DNA from: Octopus sinensis
Lineage: Eukaryota
NCBI RefSeq assembly: GCF_006345805.1
Contig: NC_043014.1
Span: 24,738,001-24,802,000, forward strand
Length of the DNA: 64,000 nt
Direction: 5' to 3'
The notes below the pieces were generated by a model. That model did not search any database. It was not told where the DNA came from and saw only the letters and a program-made list of their open reading frames with translations. The position numbers and the translations under genes are program-made. Positions 50,171-63,594 of the stretch are shown piece by piece. The first letter of the stretch is position 1. Each line of letters starts with the position of its first letter.

Positions 50171-51099
50171 GGCGGGAGAGTGGGTGTAATGCAAACTAGC
50201 AAATTTAGACAAGAGCATCTTCTGGATACATATTCCCTCGGAGGATGTAAAAAAATAAAAGAAATTGAGTAGGGGAATCCGAGTGCATGCGCTTGTTTAT
50301 ATAGGGTGGTGGTGGTGGAGGAAGTCTTGGCGAAAAGAGTGGTAATCGAAAGAGAAACAGACAGTGAGGCGGAGATAGAGAAGGAGTAGTGGTCAGAACA
50401 CGAGGGAGAAAAATATTCTTTTGGGATTTGTGTAGCGTAATTTAACGAGATAGTAAATGTTGAGATAATAGTAAAATAGAATCGAAAAATCTGAGAGTTT
50501 TTGGTCAGCCAATCTATGACAAAATTAGAGAAATAAGTGACTGTGTGATAAACTTGAATAAATGAATATGTTGCGGTTAAGGATATGTGTAAACTAAGGT
50601 TATCTTAAGACAACAACGGGGAAGATGAAACTATTTGAAACTATATTTACATGTTGACATGGTAATGAAATAGAATAATTAAAAGAATAAGGGGTTTATA
50701 ATCTGTGCAGAAATAGAAGAGTAGATGAAAAGACAAAACTTCTTATCTGAGCATCTTCTGAGATTCATATTCTTTGGCAGAGGTATTAAAATCAAGTAGG
50801 GAAGTCTGAGTGTGTGCACTAGTTTATATAGGGTGGTGGTGGTGGAGGAGGTCTTGGTGAAGTGAGTGGTAATCGACTCTTCTATTTCTGTGCAGATCAT
50901 AAACCCCTTATTAGTTCTTTTCATTATTCTGTCTATTTCATTTCCATGTCATCATGTAAATTTAGTTTCAATAGTTTCATCTTCCTTGTTGTTACCAGAG
51001 GTAATGCAGTACGATAGTGTCAAGCAACTCCATTTAATTGAACAATGCAATCATTACATGAATTTAAATGCAGAGCAATCCTCTGCTATATAAAGACAT

Positions 51100-52350
51100 A
51101 GAATTTAATTAAATTAAAACAGATGGATTTTACCTGAAATCCCTAAGAAGGTAAGGAGATAGACAGGGAACATGCTGTCTTCACTGCATCTTAGAAGCTA
51201 TTAAGGTATCAAGAGGAAAAACTTGTTAGAGATTTTACTTGTCACTGTTTTATGTGGTCAATTTTAATTTATAGACTAATTTATCAAATCTTTGTATAGC
51301 TAAGGCCAAAAGAGCAAGGAGCAATGCCTGTTAAGTGGGTTGAGGGAGTCGACAGGAATCATAGTGGGTATAGTCATTAAAGCTATCAAAATTTATTTGA
51401 AGCAATATCATGAGATTTGGTAAAGGAAATCTTAAATCAAGTTGTTAGCTGACAATTAAAGTGGCAGACCATTGATAATGAAACAGGGAAATCTTATGTG
51501 GTACTATAGTTAAATATTTTAAACAATATTGCCATATTGTATAATGTTAAAATTTAGGGTTATTCAGAAGATTAAGAAGAATATTATACCAAAAGGATAA
51601 AAAGTTTTTTGAATACTTTTGAGTATATACCAAACTTTTACCACAATAGAAGGAGGAAAAGAAATTATCTCAAAATAGTTTAATATTTAAACATATTTTA
51701 TACTTAAATACAAACTTATCAGGTGGTATCTACGAAGATTGATCAATTAGTATATACTGGTATTTAATAAAGGTGTACTGAGGTAAAAGAACATGCTATC
51801 TATATACTAATTAAATTATAGTCTAACAAGTTTATTTTAAGTAATGAATATACCAGTATTGTTTTATATAAGCTAAGTATGAATTTATAGAGGTACAAAA
51901 TTAGATTTATTTTATAAATAAATAAAGGCTATTATAAAATAATAAATAATAACATAATCAGGTAGTGCAGAACACCATAGAAAAGGAATCAAATGGCTTA
52001 ATCACCATAAACATAATAGAGTATGTAAACCTTATTAACATCAATAGAGAAGATTTATAGAAAATGTATAATAATTTAAGTATTCTAAACTAAAAATTAT
52101 ATCTTTACTTATTTAGCTAGCGTCAATAAAGACTGATACCTGAAGGGAATATTGATGTTATAGGACATTCTAATTGTATACTAATTTTAAAACTGAGAAG
52201 TATATTATAGGTTTTAGAAGTTACTCCATGCATGATATTTATAGATTCTTAGGGGTACTTAATTAGAAGGGCTACTTATATAAAGGCCCTTATAAATACT
52301 AAGATGAAGAGGGTAGAGCACTTTAAGAAAGGAATAAGTCAAGTAGTTTC
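51100..52350 (+). pseudogene. Possible highly decayed RLE-type (R4-like) LINE RT
   Basis: RQG..MLSSL and SLFYVVNFNL resemble QGD.LSPL and LLYMDD.KL; many stops. Confidence 0.3.
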
Positions 52351-52379
52351 TAAAGACTTCAGAAATTATTTGATTTATA

Positions 52380-52699
52380 TCTATATATATAAAACTGAGA
52401 ATGTGTCTGTTTCTCTGAATCCCTAAAACTTGAACTACACAACCAATTTCATTCAAATTTTAAACAAGACTTACTTAGGGTCCATGTAGTGTCATGGACA
52501 AAAAAAGTTTTAACTTTTTGCCTAGTGTGAGCCCACAGCAATATCATATCTTCTCCACTATTTCAGTATTACGTGTCAAAAGTGAAACAAAAAAATTTCT
52601 CTATTGTAATGTCAGATGCTTTTACTTTAATACTGAAACTATTAAAGTCAAACTATTATATAACATGTATGAACTGTAACTGGACATCCATTATGCTAG
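52380..52699 (+). mobile_element. Short non-autonomous Helitron-like element
   Basis: A^TCTATATATATAAAACTG start, CTAG at 52696-52699; 3' hairpin degenerate. Confidence 0.5.
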
Positions 52700-52801
52700 A
52701 AGAAGATCCGCTATGGTCTTATATGCTACGCCACTGGTTTTAAATTCATATTAATGAAATTAATATTCAATTTTTCACCCTTATTATTTTAAATTTAAAT
52801 T

Positions 52802-52867
<66 letters not shown>

Positions 52868-53084
52868 GATGTATATATATGTAGATGTATGTATATACAT
52901 GTATATATGGATGTGTGTATATATATATATATATATACACATACATACATGTATATATATAGATGTATATGTATACATGTATATGTATAGCTGTATTTCT
53001 ATAGATATAGATGTAAATGTATACATGTATGTGTAGATGTGTATGTATATATATATATATATACATACACATCTACACATACAT

Positions 53085-53305
53085 TGAGAGAAGAAAGAGA
53101 TGGACGCTTCAATTCTATGCTGCTGCCGCATTATGTCGTACGCGAATGAGAGGATTTGCATCCCCAACCAAGAATTTTTGATGTAACACATGTCCTTGTG
53201 GAAGCTGTTGTGCGCGGCTGAAGAAGGCCACAGACATACATTATGCATTGTTATAAATCTGTCTAATAAAGGCCCGAAACATATGTCATGCTTTTATTTT
53301 GATCA
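53085..53305 (+). mobile_element. HHR-bearing repeat (inverted paralog of ~8010-8270); hammerhead at 53214-53291 has lost stem I through a 19-nt deletion
   Basis: GCGG-CTGAAGA-AGGCC...GGCCC-GAAAC-ATAT-GT then deletion of ACCGCTGAATCCTTGGCAT relative to the 8 kb copy. Confidence 0.75.
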
Positions 53306-53497
53306 ATTTACTCCACCACCTACACCACCAAACGGTATACACAGGTGCTTATAATTATCAAGTACTCACCCCGAATTTCTATATATATATATATATAGAT
53401 ATACATGTAATATGTACACATATATATACACATATACATGCATACATATATATACCCATACACAAATACCCCCACACTCACACATACATAGGTGCAG

Positions 53498-54115
53498 GTG
53501 TGGCTGTGTGGTAATAAACTTGGTTCCAAAACACATGGTCCTCAGTTCAGTCCCACTGTGTGGTAACTTGGCATGTGTCTTCTGCTATAGCCTCAGACCA
53601 ACCAAAGCCTTGTCAGTGGATTTTGTAGACAAACTGAAAGAAATCAATTGTATATATATGTAAGTCTATGTGTGTGTCTTTGTGTTTCTCCCTCATCACT
53701 GCTTCACAACTGGTGTTCGTTTATTTACATCCCCATAACTTACTGGTTTCACAAGAAGAATATGATACAATAAATACCAGGCTTATCAAAATAAAAAAAA
53801 GCACTAGGCAGTGTCTCATATTTTTGTTTGCCCACTCAGTTGTATCTATCAGTTTATCTTTGTGTGTGTATACACACACACACACACAGATTTTGTACAC
53901 AGGAACTGAAACAAATCAATCGTATATATATGTATGTATATATGTAAGTATGTGTGTCTTTGTCTCTGTATTTCGCTCTCATCACTGCTTCACAACTGCT
54001 GTTCATTTATTTACATCCCCATAACTTACTGGTTTCACAAAAACAAACTAATAGAATAAGTACCAGGCTTATCAAAAAGCCTATGTGTCTCATATTTTTG
54101 TTTGACGACTCAGTT
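53498..54115 (+). mobile_element. tRNA-derived SINE with tandemly duplicated 3' part
   Basis: GGCTGTGTGGTAA head; 53660-53850 repeated at 53945-54120. Confidence 0.75.
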
Positions 54116-54169
54116 GTATCTATCAATCAATTTATCTTTGTATGTGTATCTCTCTCTCTCTCTCTCTCT

Positions 54170-54963
54170 ATCATCATCATCATCATCATCATTTAGCGTC
54201 CGTTTTCCATGCTAGCATGGGTTGGACGGTTCAACTGGGGTCTGGGGAGCCCGAAGGCTGCACCAGGCCAGTCAGATCTGGCAGTGTTTCTACAGCTGGA
54301 TGCCCTTCCTAACGCCAACCACTCCGAGAGTGTAGTGGGTGATTTTATGTGCCACCGACACAGGTGCCAGACGAGGCTGGCGAACGCCACGCTCGGATGG
54401 TGTTTTTATGTGCCACCGACACAGGTGCCAGACGAGGCTGGCAGACGGCCACGCTCGGGTGGTGTTTTTATGTGCCACCGACACAGGTGCCAGATGAGGC
54501 TGGCGGACGGCCACGATCGGATGGTGTTTGTTACATCCCCAAAGCACGGAGGCCAGTCTATGCGGTACTGGCTACGGCCACGTTCGGAATGATTTCTTGT
54601 GTGCCACCGGCACTGGTACCACAAAGATACAAATTCCATTGATGTTCATCTATTTTGATTTGTTTTGATTTGATTTGATTTTCACTTGCCTCAACAGGTC
54701 TTCACAAGTGTCACAAGAAGGAAGGTATGCACAGGTGGACTGACTACGTCCCAGGTAGGGGCCACGGGTTATGGCCTGACTAGTCTTGCCGGGTCTTCGG
54801 ATGGTGTTTTTATGTGCCACCGACACAGGTGCCAGATGAGGCTGGCGAACGGCCACGATCGGATGGTGTTGTTGCGTGCCCACAGCACGGAGGCCAGTCG
54901 ATGCGGTACTGGCTACGGCCACGTTCGGATGTTTTCTTGTGTGCCACCGGCACTGGTACCACA

Positions 54964-54965
<2 letters not shown>
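54170..54965 (-). mobile_element. RTE 3' tail with expanded ~59-bp tandem repeat
   Basis: Unit GTGCCACCGACACAGGTGCCAGA.GAGGCTGGC...GGTGTTTTTAT repeated 4-5 times; 54470-54630 duplicated at 54820-54965. Confidence 0.8.
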
Positions 54966-55018
<53 letters not shown>

Positions 55019-55019
55019 T

Positions 55020-56316
55020 ACATAACACCCTAATTTTAGTCATTTCTTTTATGATCCAAAACTAGGTTAAAAGTATTGAATGGATCTTTATGAAATTTGG
55101 AAATTATATTCTATGCATAAGGGCCATAACCCCCATGACAATTCATATAATTTTGCTGTTGATGAAATTTTAAGCATAGATATTACACACAAATGAAGTA
55201 ATATTTATAAAATTTCATCTTCTTACAAGCTAGAAAGACCCCTCTATGGGGACTTAACACCCACAATTTTGTCATTTTATCTAAGCAAAGATGAATACAG
55301 TTGTAGTCTTGGAAGCTGTAGGGTTACCTGAGCATAAAAGATGAGCATTATTTGTAATTCAATGGTACAACAGTGTAACAGTTTGCTTTGACATACACTT
55401 AGATTGTGATTTCTGCAATGTGCTGCATAAATTATCAAGTAAATGAGAGGCATCTTTGCTTCCACTGATTCAAAGTGTTGAGTAAAGTTATTTGGTTGCA
55501 GACCTCCTTTGTATCTTTTTAATATCACTGGGTCACACATAGTCCCCAGATGGTAACATTGATTTCAAGGCCTTCCCAGATGAGTGACTGGTTATTCAAA
55601 GACATTTATAGATTGTAAATTTATTCTGTCCAGTTACGTATCAGTATAGTGGTCATTTGCAAACTCCAGAGGTGGTATTTTCATTTCTCCTTAGCACTCA
55701 TGTCACACAGTTGTTAATGTTTATTTCAGTTGAGTCACGCCCTTCCAATTGCTATAGATTCGTAATGCATCTTACGGCTGTGCCTGTCACCTGGATGGTG
55801 AGGAATACTACATTGGGAATGGTAACGACTAGGGTAGGGTAGCTGACTGCTTATTGTGATCATTTGTCTTTTGGTTTCCTGTAGCTTTGCTCTCTTTTAC
55901 AAACCCAGTGAACATATATTTCCTATTTCAAAGAAGTTTAAACAATAGATATAGGACCTGAGTTAAAAAGATTCTCAACAATTCAACTTCTCTGGTTGAC
56001 ATTAAGATACCAACCCCCAATAGGGGCCTTAACTCTCACATTTTAGAGATCCATGAACTGCATTTTTCAGGCGCAAAGTCCTTTTAACAGGTACTATAAG
56101 ACTGAAATTTTGGAATATGCACATAAAAACCAGTAGTATGGGATACATGTTGCCCAATTACAATTTTTTTAGGGTGTGTAAAGAGGGAAATAATCCTCAT
56201 CTGCAATTTTGATGAAATTCGAAACATAGATATTCCAGTTCATTACAGAAAATATAACAGAAAAGTCTAATTCTTCAATTGCATGTAACATGGGCAACGC
56301 TGGGTATCTCTCTTAG
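55020..56316 (+). mobile_element. Non-autonomous Helitron-like element
   Basis: 3' end GGGCAACGCTGGGTATCTCTCTTAGT; paralogous to 33075-33705; 5' boundary approximate. Confidence 0.55.
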
Positions 56317-56358
56317 TATATATATATATGGGTGTGTGTGATTGTGTATAGAAGAATA

Positions 56359-57817
56359 TATTAATAAAAGGAATTCCAACCTTGTCTGATTTTCACGTTT
56401 TAGTTACAATCTTATAATGATATATTATAAGATAATATAATATAATAGAATAAAATAAAATTGTAGAATGTTAAATGTTCATTCTGATTGAACTAGTACT
56501 TTCATGCATTAAATTCTGCGTGGTAATTAAATATAATGGTAATTAAAAAAGACACCACCATCACCACAGATATATACTATAAACACACAGACACACATCA
56601 ATACCTAAATTTTAAGTCGTGCCATTCACCACATACAAAACGCAACATCCCATACTGCCTAGCCAGAAGAATTTGTACCATTATAGAAGATGCAAATATC
56701 AGGAACAAACGCCTAACAGAACTAAGAAAATTTTTGCTCAAACAAAAATACCCATCTCTACTTATAGAAAATGGCATAGAGCGGGTTATAAAAATACCCA
56801 TACGACAACTTAGGACAACCAAAGGAAGAGGAAAACAAGAACAAGTCATACCATTCATAGTGACACACAACCCATGTCACCAGAATATCTTCAACATTGC
56901 CAAAGCAAACCTACCAATCATTGTCCAAAGTAATGAATTAAAAGATATAATCATGGATCGAGCTATGGTTCTTAGTAAATTACTTAAAAATTACTAACAA
57001 AGGCAAAATTTGACCTTAGCAACAAAGACCAAACATTCACTGTATCTAAATGCAATGATAGCCGATGTGGCACATGCCAATTCATACATACCGGCCAATA
57101 TATAAATACAAAAACCGGGAAAGTATTCACAAACGCGAATATGAACTGCAATAGCAGAAATTTAATTTACTGCATCAAATGCCCAAATTGTGAAGAAATA
57201 TATGTAGGTCACACGGGAAATGCACTATCAGAATGCTCACGTGTACACCGACAACAGATTAGAGACCCAGAGGTCCGTCAGATACCTTTGAGTAACCACC
57301 TAGCAACATGTGGTCGGAAAATCATCATCATATATATAATATTTCCATTCTACAAATTACACAGCCCAAGTGAAATCGAGAGGAAAATCAGAGAAAATAA
57401 TTTTATTGATAAATTCAAACCCAAGCTAAATAAGCAATAATAATAATACCTAGATAGCAGGAAAATTATCTTAACCAACCAATCAGCTTAAGTAATTGAG
57501 TGATACTACACACTGATTGGTCAGAATACAGTTTGCAAAACCTAGCAATCTGGAGCCTATCCAGCTGTATTTAAGGCACAGATTCAATCATCTCGCTACA
57601 GTCAAAAATTGTGAAGCATGACTGTCACCACTACTACATGAACCTGAATTTGCAGAATTTAATACATGAAAGTACTAGTTCAATCAGAATGAGCATTTAA
57701 CATTCTACTATTTTATTTTATTTTATTCTATTATATTATATTATCTTATAATATATCATTATAAGATTGTAAATAAAATGTGAAAATCAGACAAGGTTGG
57801 AATTCCTTTTATTAATA
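56359..57817 (+). mobile_element. 5'-truncated Penelope-like element with inverted pseudo-LTR
   Basis: RT thumb TDIYYKHTDTHQYLNFKSCH and GIY-YIG endonuclease NLIYCIKCPNCEEIYVGHT...REN.FI.KFKPKLN; 56359-56519 is the reverse complement of 57652-57817. Confidence 0.92.
57639..57682 (+). ncRNA. Degenerate type I hammerhead in the PLE pLTR
   Basis: TGAAC-CTGAAtt-TGCA...TACAT-GAAA-GTAC-TA^-GTTCA: 5-bp stem I and palindromic stem III intact, G8A9 replaced by TT. Confidence 0.55.
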
Positions 57818-58928
57818 AAGTTGATGGGATCCTTTTCCTCTTTGATCTCTTTCGGGACAATGTTAAATAGGGCAGGGCCTGTTGAGGAAGTGAAATTATG
57901 TTGCAGTGTACATGTATGCTGTGATCTTGAATTGGGCAGGGGACGTATGGCCTGTGGTCCCAGTCTTGGATGAACCTTGAAGCTAATGTTCAGGTCGATT
58001 GGGCAAAGTTGGCAGTATATTCTCCACATCGTACAAATGATGTACCACTCACGGCGACGCTGGAGAGAGTAGAGTTTCAAGGCTTTAAGGCGATCCCAAT
58101 AATCGAGAGCAGCCATGCCTTCATTTCGTTTGGTGAGTGCCCTCTGGGGTGATTCAATCCTCGAGATGTTTTGTCTTGTATGGGGAGACCACAGTGGGCA
58201 GCAGTATTCGAGGTGTGGCCATACAAAGAAGGAGAAAAGTGGTATGATGACACCTTGTTCTCTGGACCGGAAAGTTCTTAAGATCCAGGAACTCATCCTA
58301 CGAGCTATATCGACCTTCTTGTTGATGTGTGCACTCCAACTGAGATCGTCATCAACAATTACACCCAGGTCTCTGATATAGTTAGAGGCTGTGAGCGGTT
58401 CCCCTGAAGGAAGAGAGTATGGCTGTTTTAGTGAGGAATTTCTTCCAAAATGCATCAGCTCAAATTTTCCCTCGTTCAGTCGCATTTTGTTTCTGTCTGC
58501 CCGTTGACTCACAGCATATAGATCAGACTGGAGTTGAGTTCGGTCTGCTTCTTCATTGACGATTTGCTGGAGCTTAGTGTCATCAGCAAATATTTTCACT
58601 TTGCAGTAATGTATGACACTGGAAAGGTCATTTATTTAAATTATGAAGAGTAGCAGACCCAAGACAGTCCCCTGGGGGACACCGCTGGTTACTTTTGCTG
58701 GGCTTGAGTGGACTCCATCAACTACAACATGTTGTGTTCTATTCGCCAGGAAATACTTAATCCAGTGTAGAACTTTTCCACGGATTCCAACATTTGCCAA
58801 TTTTGAGAGTAGGATATTATGGTCTACCCTGTCAAACGCTTTACTGAAGTCAAGATATATGACATCAGAGTTCGAACCTGTTCCCAAGGCTTTGAGTACA
58901 TCTTCAATGTGGTGCAAGAGCTGTGTTA
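57818..58928 (-). pseudogene. CR1-like RT fragment
   Basis: [37 protein letters not shown]-like motif. Confidence 0.92.
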
Positions 58929-59453
58929 GACATATATATATATATATATATACGTATATATATGTATATGTATACGTATATATGTATGTATACGTATATA
59001 GGTATATGTATATATATGTATACGTGTATATGTATACGTATATATATCTATACGTATATATATATATATGTATACATATATATACGTATACATATATACG
59101 TATATATGTATATGTATGTATATGTATATATATATATACGTATACATATATACGTATATATATATACGTATACATATATACGTATATATGTATATGTATA
59201 TATATACGTACATATATATATATACGTATATACGTACATATATATATATATATACGTATATACATACATATATATATATATATACGTATATATATACATA
59301 TATATATATAGATATATATATATATATACGTATATATATACATATATATATATAGATATATATATATATATACACACATATATATATACACACATATATA
59401 TATATACATATATATACATATATTTATATACATATATATATATATATACATTC

Positions 59454-59537
<84 letters not shown>

Positions 59538-59540
59538 CCT
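58929..59540. repeat. TA/TACG compound microsatellite
   Basis: Direct. Confidence 0.95.
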
Positions 59541-60414
59541 TAAAAAAAATGTTTTAGCCCGAAGGCCGCGGCCATGCTGGGGCACCACCGCTGAATGAGC
59601 TACACTAATTTGTGAATCCACCTCTGATACGTGGCACTTGATCAACAAGGGAGTTCGATGCTGCTGCCTGCATCCGCGTCTCCTGTCGTGAGGTAGGCTC
59701 ATCTGGGACTCCCAACAAGAAGAGATCCAGTTTAGTTTTAAAGAAACCCACATCCACACCATGTAAGTCTCTCAGGCATTTAGGGAGGATGTTAAAGAGC
59801 TGTGGTCCTCTGAAACCCAAGCTGTTGCAGTATCTGGACCTGTATTTTGATGGTGATGTTGGAATCCTTGGCACCATGCAGTGGCGCCCCGTTCTGCGGT
59901 TGGAGTAACTTTGAATGCCAAAGTTTGGGACAAGACCCTCCAGGATTTTCCAGATGTATATCACCGCATATCTTTCCCGCCTCCGTTCTAGGGAGAAGAG
60001 GTTTAATACCTTCGGTCTTTCCCAGTAGCTGATATTTTGCATTGAGACGATTTTCTTTGTGTAGCTTCTCTGAATTGCTTCGAGTTCTGCTGTTAGTTTC
60101 ATATTGTGTGGTGACCAAAGTTGGGAGCAGTAGACCAAGCGGCTGAGGACGAATGTTTTCCATAGGACCATCAGTGTCTCTTTCTCTCTTGTTCTGAAAG
60201 TTCGGAGAATCCATCCAGCTAGCAGTCTGCATTTTATCACCAAATTAGCAATATGCATTTGGAAAGATGCATCATTGCTCATGTCAATGCGCAGGTCACG
60301 CACTGATTTTGACTCAGGGATTGCAATTCTTCCTGGGCCAGTGTATCCAGTCTTCATGTCATTTACCTTTGTGTGCCAGTAGCGCAGGGCCTGGAACTTA
60401 CCTGCATTAACCAT
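59541..60414 (-). pseudogene. CR1-like RT 3' fragment with 3' UTR
   Basis: [32 protein letters not shown]; GGTGCCCCAGCATGGCCGCGGCC UTR. Confidence 0.92.
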
Positions 60415-61373
60415 ACATATGTATATACATGTATATGTATATATATGTATATGTATGTATATGTATATGTATATATATGTATATGTATGTATATATATAT
60501 ATGTATGTATATATATATATGTATGTATATATATATATGTATGTATATATATATATGTATGTATATGTATATATATATATGTATGTATATGTATATATAT
60601 ATATGTATGTATATGTATATATATATGTATATGTATATATATATGTATATGTATATATATATATGTATGTATATATATATATGTATGTATATGTATATAT
60701 GTATATATATATATGTATGTATATATATATATGTATGTATGTATATATATATATGTATGTATGTATATATATATATGTATGTATGTATATATATATATAT
60801 ATGTATATGTATATATATATATGTATATATATGTATGTATATGTATATATATATGTATGTATATGTATATATATATGTATATGTATATATGTATATGTAT
60901 ATATATGTATATGTATGTATATGTATATATATGTATATGTATGTATATATATATATGTATGTATATATATATATATATATGTATATATATGTATGTATAT
61001 GTATATATATATGTATATGTATATATGTATATGTATATATATGTATATGTATGTATATATATATATATGTATGTATATATATATATGTATGTATATATAT
61101 ATATGTATGTATATGTATATATATGTATGTATGTATATGTATATATATATGTATGTATATGTATGTATGTATGTATATGTATATATATATGTATGTATAT
61201 ATATATGTATGTATATGTATATATATATATGTATGTATATGTATATATATATGTATGTATATATATATATGCATGTGTGTATATATATATGTGTATATAT
61301 ATATATGTGTGTGTGTATATATATATGTGTGTGTATATATATGTGTGTATATATGTGTATATGTGTGTATATA

Positions 61374-61404
<31 letters not shown>

Positions 61405-62133
61405 GTGTGTATATATGTGTATATATATATGTGTGTATATATGTGTATATGTGTGTGTATATATATATATGTGTGTATATATGTGTATATATATGTGTGT
61501 ATATATGTGTATATATATGTATGTATATATATATGTATATATGTGTATATATATATATATATGTATATATGTATATATGTGGATATATATATATATATAT
61601 GTATATATGTGTATATATATGTGTATATAATATATGTATATATGTGTATATATATATGTATATATGTGTGTGTATATATATATATGTATATATGTGTTAT
61701 ATAATATGTATATATTGTATATATATATATATATAATGTGTATATATATATATGTATATATGTGTTATATATATATGTATATATGTTATATATATATAGG
61801 TATATATGTGTATATATATATGTGTATATATGTATATATATGTATATATATATGTGTATATATATATATGTATATATGTGTATATATGTATATATGTGTA
61901 TATATATATATATATATGTTATATATATATATGTGTAATATATATATATATATATATATGTGATATATATATGTATATATGTGTATATATATATATGTAT
62001 ATTGTGTATATATATATATGTGTATATATGTATATATAGTATATATATATGTGTATATATATATATGTATATATGTGTATATATGTATATATGTGTATAT
62101 ATGTATATATATATGTGTATATATATATATGTG

Positions 62134-62164
<31 letters not shown>

Positions 62165-62172
62165 GTATATGT
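60415..62172. repeat. 1.75-kb TA/TG/TATG compound microsatellite
   Basis: Direct. Confidence 0.95.
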
Positions 62173-62237
62173 AAACATTATTGGTGAATTGAAGAAATGG
62201 AGCTGAACGCAGATTGAACAGGAATCGTTTTATTTCA

Positions 62238-62317
62238 TTCTACACGTGTTTCGAAAGGCACAAATTACCAAAATCCGATTGAATAATGGGACCATATTGT
62301 GTCTTTCTCTTCAGGAA
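62238..62317 (-). ncRNA. Type I hammerhead ribozyme (inverted-arm copy)
   Basis: Reverse complement of 63515-63594. Confidence 0.85.
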
Positions 62318-63514
62318 GAAAAAGGAAATCCGTTGGAAAAACAAAAACAGAACAGAGGCGGAGCAAAAAACAAATCGAACTGTGCTCCTAAGAGCCCATG
62401 GCGAAACTGTTTATCAGTGTATGTTGAGAACCGGTGGCTGAAGAATTCAACGGGTCAGTCATCGGTCAATCATGTGGGTGAGGGTGTATAGATGTTCTTT
62501 GTGACCGAGAATAAAGATCTGACTATTTAAAGAATATTGGATGTTTTATAAGTGGCGAGAAAAAATCTACTTAGAGACGTGTGTGTGTGTATACTGTTCT
62601 ATATATGTGTGTGTTGGCGTAGGGGTAGAAAACATTTTTTGTGTACGTGTGTGCGTTTGATCGTTCGGCTGTCAGTGGCTACTGCCGTGATAACCGTTGG
62701 GTGGCAGAAAGAAAAAAAAAAAAAATTATATATATATATATTATGTTTTATGTGTGTGTGTGTTCATCTAAGCCTACCTTGTCAAGGAAAACCCCCGCTG
62801 TGAAAAAACCAAGCCCCGTTTGTCTTACATGAGTAATTCCCCTTGCAGTGGTCAATCGTAGATATCTTAAAGGCTATTTCAGAATTTGTTACCAAGGGCT
62901 ATGGGTGCCGGTATTATTTATAAACGCTATTTAAAGGCCAGATAAGTGTAACGCCGCCAATGGGGGCATCGAAAAGCCGACTGCAAGGGGAATTACTCAT
63001 GTAAGACAAACGGGGCTTGGTTTTTTCACAGCGGGGGGTTTTCCTTGACAAGGTAGGCTTAGATGAACACACACACACATAAAACATAATAATATATATA
63101 TATATAATTTTTTTATTTTTTTCTTTCTGCCACCCAATGGTTATCACGGCAGTAGCCACTGACAGCCGAACGATCAAACGCACACACGTACACAAAAAAT
63201 GTTTTCTACCCCTACGCCAACACACACATATATAGAACAGTATACACACACACACGTCTCTAAGTAGATTTTTTCTCGCCACTTATAAAACATCCAATAT
63301 TCTTTAAATAGTCAGATCTTTATTCTCGGTCACAAAGAACATCTATACACCCTCACCCACATGATTGACCGATGACTGACCCGTTGAATTCTTCAGCCAC
63401 CGGTTCTCAAATACACTGATAAACAGTTTCGCCATGGGCTCTTAGGAGCACAGTTCGATTGTTTTTTGCTCCGCCTCTGTTCTGTTTTTGTTTTTCCAAC
63501 GGATTTCCTTTTTC

Positions 63515-63594
63515 TTCCTGAAGAGAAAGACACAATATGGTCCCATTATTCAATCGGATTTTGGTAATTTGTGCCTTTCGAAACACGTGTAGAA
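63515..63594 (+). ncRNA. Type I hammerhead ribozyme
   Basis: TTC-CTGAAGA-GAAAGACACAA...TTGTGCCTTTC-GAAAC-ACGT-GTA^-GAA: stem II 10/11 bp with G-C closing pair, palindromic stem III ACACGTGT. Confidence 0.85.

Noticed and set aside
62395-62440. GAAAC...CTGAAGA on the plus strand as another permuted hammerhead
   Set aside because: No NUH before the putative stem I and no room for a stem II strand
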